A DNA stretch of 64,000 nt, taken from Oopsacas minuta (Eukaryota; Animalia; Porifera). Shown piece after piece: positions 21,372 through 30,929 of the stretch. Position 1 is the first letter of the stretch; every line of letters starts with the position of its first letter. Both the position numbers and the translations under genes were made by a program. The notes beneath the pieces were generated by a model. It ran no database searches and had not been told where the DNA came from. It saw only the letters and a list, made by a program, of their open reading frames with translations. The stretch is taken from the NCBI GenBank assembly GCA_024704765.1, contig JAKMXF010000266.1:310001-374000 (forward strand). Direction: 5' to 3'.

Positions 21372-24300
21372 ATGTCGAGGAGGGATAACGAAATTGATGA
21401 GAATATAGTCGATAGTACATTTGTAAAGAATATTCTAGAAGATTTAGATGTATTTGTTGGTGGAAAGAAGAGAAAACTCCCTGATAATGCTAAACCTACA
21501 GAAACAGTTGTATCTGATAGTTTGAAATCATCAAGTAGTATTATTTCAATTGGTAGTAGTAATATAGAGAGGAGACATACACAAGGTATTCAAATCAATT
21601 GTACTTGTATTGCGATAATTTCTATGAATAATAATGCAGGGCTTTCGACATACTATTGTATATTTATATCTCTTCGGGGACTACCTGATCGCTCGCCTGT
21701 GGAAATGCGGAAACGGGCTGGCATTTTTCGACCTCCCTGACACCCCGTTTGTGGAGTTTAAACTGTACTATTTCTATAGATTTGACTGGCTCTTCAAGTC
21801 AACTGGACCTGATTGCAGCAAGTGCTCGTATCATACAGTTAGAATCAGAATTACATTATATTGAGAGAGATAGTAAGAAAGCTCGTTATGAACAAGAATT
21901 AGAACTTATTACTAACTATCCCAACTCTGTTAAGCTACAATTGGAATTTGATGAACTCAAACAGAAGTATCAAACTGCGAAAGGTTATACTTAGTTTTAA
22001 CGAAAACTCAATATTAATTTTATCAATATTTTTTGCAATTTAGAGAAAAGTGAGAAATCTGATAAATCTAGGAGATCAATAGAAAATGAATGGAAACAGA
22101 CAAACAGTGTATGGAAAAGAGAGAAATTACAATTACAAAGTGAATTAACTGAGCTGAAGCATGATTTGAGAGCTACCAAATCTGAATTAGATTTCCTTAA
22201 TCAACAGAAAGAAATTGCTATTACAACACAAGAACTCAAATACTCAGGTTTCACATACGTTATAACTCATATTACATTAGGTTATTTACATTTTTAGTTC
22301 AACAAAAAAGGCTTATTCAAGAAAATTTTCACTTTAGAAAACAATCACCCACGGTGCGAATCTCCATCCTAAAATGGATGTACGTATGTATAACCGAGGA
22401 CGGATATACATACGTCACACATCGTTCATGTCATTATGGCATCTTCCTATAGGAGCTGCACTAAAAATATTAATTTTGTCAATACACATTGGACAATACA
22501 TATGTTATAATCAACTTGTATATTAAGATAGCTAATACTTTTGACAAGTTCTCGTGAGGCTGCTAATCACTGATTACGTCAGTGGCGCTCCCACGGGCCG
22601 CGGGTATGCCAAATCCTGGGATCGCCCCTAGATTACGCTCTAATGCAATCGCCCTTTGTGATTATCATTGTCACATACATTTTACCTAGCTAGCATTTAA
22701 TTGAATTCGAGTATTATTTACTATTTTTGTGTACAGAAATTAGCAAATATTTAAATGTCTTCACAAGCAGAAGAATCAGTATTCGTTAACTATAAAGACG
22801 TTACTAAATATTTACGTTTTAACTTGCCATGTAAAACTGGTAAATTACAGCGTGAAAGAATGTCTTACTTCACTGGAGCTGATGCTATTGATACGCTAAT
22901 GGAATCTAAATGGGCCAAAAAGCCACATTCAAAAGGATTGTTTTTCGATTCAAGATACTCAGCTTTGGATTTCTGTACTCTTCTATTGAAAGAAAGATTG
23001 ATTGTACGTTGTGAAATGATAAAATTAGACGCAGATGGAAAGCCTGAAGCAAAGCAAAAAGATACAATAAAAAATAAAAAGAAAGATCTTTCAGCTTCGC
23101 CAAAATCCGAAGAGACTACCAAACGTAAGAAGGTATTCCGTAAGTATAAGTTCGAAGTTCACGGTAAGCAAAATTTCTCAGATTTAGATGATAGCATATA
23201 CGCTTGGAGATACAATCCTACAAGTTCTACACAGTTTCTAATGGGCTTTGCTTTAGTAATTGGATTCATTGCTTTTAATCTAGCACCTATTTGGCCGAGC
23301 TGGATGCGATCTGGCATGGGAATGACAGCTTGGCTACTCTGTGCAGTTATAGGATTCCTACTGTTACTTATCGTCGTTAGGATAATATTATACTACACGT
23401 TATATGCAGTGAGTTGTGGGAAATGGAATTTCTGGTTACTCCCAAATCTACACCAGGATTGTGGGATACTAGAATCATTTATCCCTTTCTACTCATTTGA
23501 ATCAAAAGGTAAAAAGAAGAAGAAACACTGATTTGTGCTGTGATAGGAGCTAATAAATTAGGAGTCTTGTAAATGTTAATGCTATAGATTATATTTAACT
23601 GAGTAAATATGATATTGCAATCACATACGATACTCAGGATTATAGCAGGGGGGGAACGAAATGTGAACTTCCACCGTCAAATTGCTCAGTATTAACTATT
23701 GTCTACTGTACTTTATTCTAGTATTAATATATTTTGTATCCTTAGAATTGGAGCAAAAATACCTGGGACAAGTTGAACTATTAGAAAAGGCAAACACTCG
23801 TTTAAATGAAGAATTAGCGCCAGTTTTAGCTAAATATGAAGATTGCGAGAACAAATGCAAGAAGTTAGAAAGAGATATTCAACAGAGAGAGGATGATGCG
23901 CATATATTCGCTTGCGTAAATGATAAATTACCAAATTTAATCAAAGCTGAGAAGAAATATTTACAATTACAAGCAGATAATGAAATTCTAATGGGTAGAT
24001 GTAGAGATTTTGAAATGATTAGAGAGAGAGCGATAGATTTTGAGGGTAAATATAACAGGAGTGAGTCTCGTCTAAGAGAACTATCTTCTGTAATAACTGA
24101 GAATTCTCAATTGAAACAAGCCTTGCAGAAATGGGAGAAGTTTGATTCTGCTGCAATCACTCATATGGGATTTGGTAATTTATTTATTAGCTATTGTTTT
24201 CGTGAAGTTGGGTTTTTGTTGTGTTATATTCGTATAGAGGTATACGGGTGAAAATGGTTGGGAACAGCTGTGCTGATATTTAAGTACTTATATATGAATC

Positions 24301-25867
24301 TATTATTCATTTAGGTTCACCAGACACTCTAATCCGTAAGTACTGTGACATGCAGCAGCAACTTGTCCTGCTAACTGAGAAATCTGGAGATTTACAAACT
24401 ACCCTGACTATATCAGAGTCTAGATTAGCTTCTGTTAGTAGAGAGTTATGCGAAGTGAAATCTGAGTTAGCTATAGAGAAAGCGAATTGTAATATCAAAA
24501 ACGAACAATGTCAAAAGTGAGTTCAGATTTATTTCTACTAGTTAATTACAAGGCAAATTTTTCTTCACAGATAAAAACGATATTTGATATTATTAAGTAA
24601 AGTGTGACCTCTATAAATGCCAGGGCGACGAAAAATGTTACCCTGTTAGCGGAGGTGCATTTGCGTGTTTCACTATAATTATTTTTATAGATTAGAGAGA
24701 AAATTAGTTTATATTAAGATGGATAGAGACAGTTATCCCAAACTGATAAAATCATACGATAAAGCTAGTTTCTCTCACTCTTCTGAAGATGAACTTTTGA
24801 AAGTTAGAGTAGAGCGTAGTGAACAAAACCTAGCACGAGCAGAAGAGCGAATAAAAGAACTGGAAGGAGAATTAGAGAATATTCACAATGCCAGTAATTC
24901 TAATATTATGGAATTGACTATAGCGAATTCTCAGTTATCTTCATTGATGATTGAACTGGAAAGTAAAACGACATCTATAGCCAGACTTCAAAGCAAGGTA
25001 ATTTTGTCCCTATAAATAGTTTCTGCATTATGTTTAATGATTTGATTAGATGGAATGGCTTGAACAACAAAACAAAATTTATCAACAAGAAAATAATAAT
25101 TTAGAGTTACAATTAACTAGTAAGACTCAAGAGCTAAAGAATATTTCTTCTCTTGAAACTAAAAACATTGAAGAAGAAGCACCTCGTCAAATCTGGGTTC
25201 ATTTCAAACGGAACAATCTTTCAAACGCGAGGGAAGAGAAAATGAAAGAACTTTTAAAACTCAGAACAGAAAATGAGGAATTGAGATTAGCTATAGAGAA
25301 TGGAGAATATTCACTGGAGGATATGGTACATAAGAAAGAGGTAAATCAATTGAAGGATAGACTTAAATATGCAGATGTTATGGAAAATAGATTGAAGGAG
25401 TCTTTTTCCAAAAGAATTACTGAATTTAGAGAGGTAATATTGTAATGTTTTCACATTTTTGAGAAATCAAATTCGAGAGGAAACGAGATTTGGAAACCCT
25501 ACGAATTACTATTCCCTTCCCTTACGCCCAATGAATCCTAGTTTTATCGTTCCCTTATTCTTGTTAATTTTGTCTCAAAACATTTATAATATTTTCTAAC
25601 AAGGTATGCAGCATGCTAACAGGCTACAGAATCGATGCACAGCCAGGAGGCAAATATAAAATACGTTCTGTATACGCAGAGAGTGCAGATGACTATCTAG
25701 AGTTTGTCATATCGCAAGGTAATCTATCTCTCCTACCTACCTCCTACTCAGATAAAATACAATCTAAAGTCACTTTATATCTCAATCAACATTCTTCTCT
25801 ACCTTGTCTTCTCAGCGATATTACTATGGAATTATACAAGAAGTGTACTTTATTTCTTGATCCATGA
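21372..25867 (+). CDS. MAD1L1: Mitotic spindle assembly checkpoint protein MAD1; 8 exons approx. 21372-21585, 21780-21983, 22044-22247, 23746-24174, 24315-24516, 24691-24997, 25050-25433, 25604-25867
   Basis: Long coiled coil with ERDSKKARYE, SPDTLIR..MQQQ, RLKESFSKRITEFREVC (RLK motif) and C-terminal LTGYRID..KYKIRSVYAE..YLEF..SLPCLLSDITMEL typical of the MAD1 RWD-like domain. Phases are consistent across the 1498-nt intron 22248-23745. Confidence 0.9.
22755..23531 (+). CDS. SEC62: Translocation protein SEC62, intronless CDS nested in MAD1 intron 3 on the same strand
   Basis: KYLRFNLPCK, YFTGADAIDTLMESKW, QNFSDLDDSIYAWRYNP, two TM segments with APIWPSWMRSG, FWLLPNLHQDCGILESFIPFY. Confidence 0.93.
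   Translation: MSSQAEESVFVNYKDVTKYLRFNLPCKTGKLQRERMSYFTGADAIDTLMESKWAKKPHSKGLFFDSRYSALDFCTLLLKERLIVRCEMIKLDADGKPEAKQKDTIKNKKKDLSASPKSEETTKRKKVFRKYKFEVHGKQNFSDLDDSIYAWRYNPTSSTQFLMGFALVIGFIAFNLAPIWPSWMRSGMGMTAWLLCAVIGFLLLLIVVRIILYYTLYAVSCGKWNFWLLPNLHQDCGILESFIPFYSFESKGKKKKKH
24601..24662. mobile_element. Short Tigger-like element remnant in a MAD1 intron, related to family B termini
   Basis: AGTGTGACCTCTATAA ... TTAGCGGAGGTGCATT imperfect inverted ends. Confidence 0.3.
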
Positions 25868-26269
25868 AAATGTTATAACAAACTGAAACACCTTTTTCAT
25901 AATTTCATCAAAATATCAGTTTATTATAATCTTTGATAGTTAATCGAGGCAATTTACAATACTTCCACTAATATATGCGGTTATCTATGGAGAGCAATGA
26001 CTAACTTTTCTCTTTTGCGAATAAACTATCAGGTTAGATTATTTACTTGAATCTTTTACAGTATTCTCCTGGGTGCATGGACCTGTCTGTTGAGAGTCCA
26101 TAGGATCTCAAAATTTGTATTGCAGTCTAGTGGCGGGGTCCACAGAATATGTTAAAAAAACTTAAACTTGGTATAGGGTGAGAAAGTATCCTTATTTCAC
26201 AAATTCTCAATTTGGTATGTGACATAAGTATAACACGTAATAGTGTATTTAATATTGTATTGATTAAGC

Positions 26270-28246
26270 ATGGAAACAATAGCAGCAGAACGTAAAGCTT
26301 CAAAACTAGCCACAAAGGAATTGACATACTTTCTCTACGGTGGAGAAGAAATGGTTCTTAGAAAGAGGGAAATTGAGAATGCTGTTATTTCAGATCCAAC
26401 CTATGACATCACGAAATATCATTATCTGACAAGGGAAGAGCTTTTCGAGCAGGCAGTAAAGAAATCAGTACATAGCATAACTAAATTAATGCCAGAACTT
26501 GACATACTCGGTGTGTTTGAGAGACATAGCCTAACTAGTGTAATAGGAGGAGAGAATCCGTTATCTCTCCACACAGACATGTTTATGCCTACTATAACAG
26601 GACAGGGTAGTGATGAACAACAGGAAAAATGGTTACCATTAGCTACTAACTATAAGATCATTGGTTGTTATGCCCAGACAGAAATGGGACACGGGACGTA
26701 TGTACGTGGATTGGAGACAACTGCAACGTATGACCCTGTAAAGCAAGAGTTTGATATACACAGTCCTACTCTAACCTCTATAAAATGGTGGCCTGGTACC
26801 CTGGGTGTAAACGCTACCCACGCGATCGTCCCTGCTCGACTGATAACGAAAGGTGAAGATAAAGGCATACATAATTTCATCGTTCAATTACGAAGTCTAG
26901 ACAACCACACTGCTATGAAAGGCATTACTATTGGAGATATTGGACCGAAGTTTGGCTATGCCGAAATGGACAATGGATTTCTGAAATTCGAGCATGTCCG
27001 TATTCCAAGAGATAATCTATTAATGCGCTTTTCACAGGTTTTACCTGATGGTACATATGTCCGTCCTAAGACCTCTTCAAAACTCTCCTATGGAACCATG
27101 GTATTGATTCGTGCAGGTTTATCAAAGTTCTCATTTGAAATGCTCTCACGTGCATTAACCATTGCTATACGCTATAGTATTGTACGTAGACAGACACAAA
27201 ACAGACCTGGTGAAGCTGAAACTCAATTACTCGACTATGTCAATCAACAACATACTCTAATCACGTTGTTAGCCACAGTATTTGGGATATATTTTGTTTC
27301 CCAGGACACCATACAATTGTATGTTAAAACGCAATCACAGCTTAACGAAGAGAATATGGAATTGTTACCTGAACTACATGCTTCTTCATCTGGCGTTAAG
27401 GCAATTTCGACTAATCTCGCTTCTCAAGGAATAGAGACATGTCGTATAGCCTGTGGAGGACATGGTTACTCCTTGTCAAGTGGTTTCCCATTTCTCTACC
27501 AGTCAACTACACCATCAATGACTTATGAAGGAGATAACAATGTGTTACTTCTACAAACAGCAAGATATTTAATTAAGATTAGAAAGGAGGTACAGGAAGA
27601 TCCATCATACTCACCACCTGATAACGTCAACTACTTAACTGAAGCTGTACGGCCTAGAAATATCAACTTCCGGTCACCACAACATCAGCTGGCTCTCTAT
27701 CAATGTATGGTACGCGCTTGTGTAGACAGAGCAGCCACTAAAGTATCTCAAGGTGAGAAAATCGGGTTGGACTATTTCGACGCTTGGAATGCAGCTGCAG
27801 TTGAGTTAATACAATGCGCAGAAGCACATACTCATTACGTCATGGTTAAATCATTTATTGAGAATATTGACAAGGAAGAAGTAAGAAATATGTCACCTTA
27901 TAACCAGTTTATACTCAAATGTTTGAGTGATATATTCTCACTAAATTACATACTGAATAAATCAGGTCTATTTATAGAAGCAGGCGCTATATATGGCAGA
28001 GAACTGAATGAAATTAGAGAAGTTATTCAGTCTCAAATACTTGAAGTTAGACCTGCAGCTGTTTCACTCGTAGACGCCTTTGATTATCCAGATTTTGTTC
28101 TGCGATCTGTTTTAGGTAGGAAAGACGGTGACGTATACACGGCTATGTGGGAATGGGTACAGCATAATCCTCGTAACAAACACAAGAACGGAGTACATCC
28201 TGTGTATAAGAAGTATACTAGGAAACTACTCAGAGCTAAGATGTAA
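26270..28246 (+). CDS. ACOX1: Peroxisomal acyl-CoA oxidase 1, 658 aa, intronless, with PTS1-like C-terminus -AKM
   Basis: GCYAQTEMGHGT, KWWPGTLG, GITIGDIGPKFG, RIACGGHGYS, TYEGDNNVLLLQTAR, SVLGRKDGDVY; ends RAKM, fitting the [SAC][KRH][LM] consensus. Confidence 0.95.
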   Translation: METIAAERKASKLATKELTYFLYGGEEMVLRKREIENAVISDPTYDITKYHYLTREELFEQAVKKSVHSITKLMPELDILGVFERHSLTSVIGGENPLSLHTDMFMPTITGQGSDEQQEKWLPLATNYKIIGCYAQTEMGHGTYVRGLETTATYDPVKQEFDIHSPTLTSIKWWPGTLGVNATHAIVPARLITKGEDKGIHNFIVQLRSLDNHTAMKGITIGDIGPKFGYAEMDNGFLKFEHVRIPRDNLLMRFSQVLPDGTYVRPKTSSKLSYGTMVLIRAGLSKFSFEMLSRALTIAIRYSIVRRQTQNRPGEAETQLLDYVNQQHTLITLLATVFGIYFVSQDTIQLYVKTQSQLNEENMELLPELHASSSGVKAISTNLASQGIETCRIACGGHGYSLSSGFPFLYQSTTPSMTYEGDNNVLLLQTARYLIKIRKEVQEDPSYSPPDNVNYLTEAVRPRNINFRSPQHQLALYQCMVRACVDRAATKVSQGEKIGLDYFDAWNAAAVELIQCAEAHTHYVMVKSFIENIDKEEVRNMSPYNQFILKCLSDIFSLNYILNKSGLFIEAGAIYGRELNEIREVIQSQILEVRPAAVSLVDAFDYPDFVLRSVLGRKDGDVYTAMWEWVQHNPRNKHKNGVHPVYKKYTRKLLRAKM

Positions 28247-28508
28247 ATTAGCTGTCTAGTTTAGTTGAATATTTGGATTTTTATAAACTAGGTTAGATAA
28301 TTGTTTGAGATATATCTATAAGTATTTGTAATTCTTGTTTAGTTCTTTTATATTGTAATCTGTTGTTTCCATTTCATATTATACATGTGATCTGGCAAAT
28401 AGTAACGGTATTACATAGAAGTATCAGGTTCATTTCTATGAACCTGTATAGGTAATACTGTGATATAATTTCATAGGAAGTACTCATTTTTGCCTAGAAG
28501 TAATAATA

Positions 28509-30730
28509 ATGTCAGACAGTTCTGAGAACTTCCTTGGGAGTGGCTCGGATGTGGAGCAAGAAGATATTCCTAAACAAAAGATTCCGCCCTCCAGACCCCC
28601 TCTCTACCTCTCCTCTTCTTCTGAGGGTTCAGTAGGAGAGCCGGAGAATCCTGCACATGTTAATCTCTCACAAAATACAGCTAGCAGTTCTCAGAATAGA
28701 GATCTCATGATAGAACTGGGATTATCTTCTTCTGAGGATGACAATGATAAAGTACAGAAAAATACTGGTTAGCGATTCTTGATACAAACTTCCGAATAAT
28801 AGTACAGACACTCCCCGTTATATCGAAACATGGACATATCGGAATACCCGCTTATCGCTGTCCCTTGTGCTTCGATAACGGGAGCTGACTAGTAAATTCT
28901 TTATGAACCATGTGGATTTTCATATTATTGATATTATATATTACACTCTACTATTATTTGAATAGATAACGCTATTGACTCTACTAAAGATTCTTCTCGT
29001 CTGTTCAACTCCTCAGACGATGAGAGTGTAGATTCTCCTCATTACAGTGACTTTGAAGCAGGGGATGTCTCTGCAAATGCAACACTCAATTCTACGTCAC
29101 AAGCCCTGTTCGGAGAAGAATTATCATCCTCTAGTTCAGATGATGGTAGTAGTAATGGCGGCAGTCGTACCGAGCCTAGTGGTGTTAAAAACCGCGAGTT
29201 ACTTGGTTTGGAATCGACTGGAGAGAGTGAAGACTTGGGATCAGGTGACGAGGGAGCTGTTAGTAAACAGGAGATATTAGAAGAACATGTTGTAGATGAT
29301 AATAACGATGAATTTCTTGATGAAGTTGAAGGAGGTGGTGGTAGTGATCAGAATGAAGCTGTTGGGTTCTTGAGTGATGATGATGATGACGATGATATTT
29401 TAGGGGCTGATGCGTCACATGATACACATGCTAATCTATCTGCTCAGATGCCTAAGAGCTCTTTGGAAATGGGATCGGAGATATTCTATGTTAAATTACC
29501 GAATTTCCTGAGGTTTGTTAGAAATACTGTTCAGTAGTATTTATTATTTAATATACATGTAATAATTATGAAACTATTTCTCGTTATAATTCCCACAAAT
29601 ATAATAACTTCAATATATGAACTTTTCAGTGAATACAATGAGACCACATACGTACACTAACAGGAGAACTCATTTGATTGTATTAACTATTTAAATGCTT
29701 CTTACAACCTAGATTGTTATACAATTACATCCTACTTTACAAAGATAGATTATCAATTCTGTATATATAATTCTTTAGCATTGACACACGACCATTCAAT
29801 CCATCCTATTACGAGTATGAAGGAGATGATGAGGAGATTCTTGATGAAGAAGGTCGTAAACGATTGAAATTAAAAGTAGAAAATACGATAAGATGGAGGA
29901 AAACTAAAGACCAGACAGGACAAGAAATACGAGAGAGTAATGCTCGTATTGTTAAATGGAAAAACGGTACACTATCCTTGTACCTCGGTAAGTTTGTATT
30001 ATTAATGCTTTCAAACAAATTTAATTATTTATTTATTATAGGAAATGAAATATTCGATGTCTCCCAATTGAAGATGGAAGATAAATGTAATCATTTGTAT
30101 TTAGTTCAGAATGCATTCTTACAAGCTCAATCAGTATTCAATAAAAAGCTTAATATCAAGCCAAGTTCTACAGACAGTCAAACTCACCGAAAAATCACAC
30201 TATCAATCGCGGATAGAGTCAGTCGTACTCAGAAAATGCGAATGATACCAGCCGCGGGGGAGAACCCAGAAGTCATACGAGCCGCCCTACAAGTTAAACA
30301 AGAAGCTCGTGCGAAGGCAGAGAAACTCAGAATTTCTAAAGAGCGAGCTCGTAAACGTAAATTATTATTTAGCGGGCAGAAACTATCTCGTAAATATCTT
30401 GAAGATGACGAAGAGTTGAGTGATGATAGTACAAGCGTTAACGCTGTGAAAAAGAAATTCCAACAAGCTAGAAAAGCCGCAAAAACTAAGCGTAAACACT
30501 CTATCGATGATTTTATTGTTGATTCAGATGAAAAGGAGATTTATAAATCGAGTGACAGTGAACACGATGAATTGACAAGCTCAAGTGAACCTGAAAAAGA
30601 AGATAGTGATGAAACAGATGCTAGTGTAGGTACACGAAAAAGACAGAATAGTTTTAAATCTGCTAATTTTGGAACTAAAAAAAAGAAAGTAATTCATGAC
30701 TCAGATAGTAGTCTTGATATTTCTTCGTGA
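28509..30730 (+). CDS. LEO1: RNA polymerase-associated protein LEO1 (Paf1 complex); 4 exons approx. 28509-28767, 28966-29512, 29780-29987, 30042-30730
   Basis: Acidic Ser-rich N-terminus, then VKLPNFLSIDTRPFNPSYYE..LDEEGRKRLKLKVENTIRWR..ESNARIVKW..LYLGNEIFDV..TDSQTHRKIT. Confidence 0.93.
28805..28892. mobile_element. pogo/Tigger-like MITE family A, near-complete copy in LEO1 intron 1
   Basis: TA-CAGACACTCCCCGTTATATCGAA ... TTCGATAACGGGAGCTGACTAG imperfect TIRs. Confidence 0.6.
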
Positions 30731-30929
30731 ATGGTTTGAATGAATTCCTATGCACTCGATTTGTAACTACGCATCATACAATGTGCTCACTCGATTAAAC
30801 TCAGTTATTGTATTTCTTATTGTTTTTGATTTTTGAGATTTTAATTGTAGTAACTGTACTGACTATAGTATAGCAGCTCAGTTTTGATCACTGTTACTTT
30901 ATGTATAGCTAAATTAGCAATAAATATTT

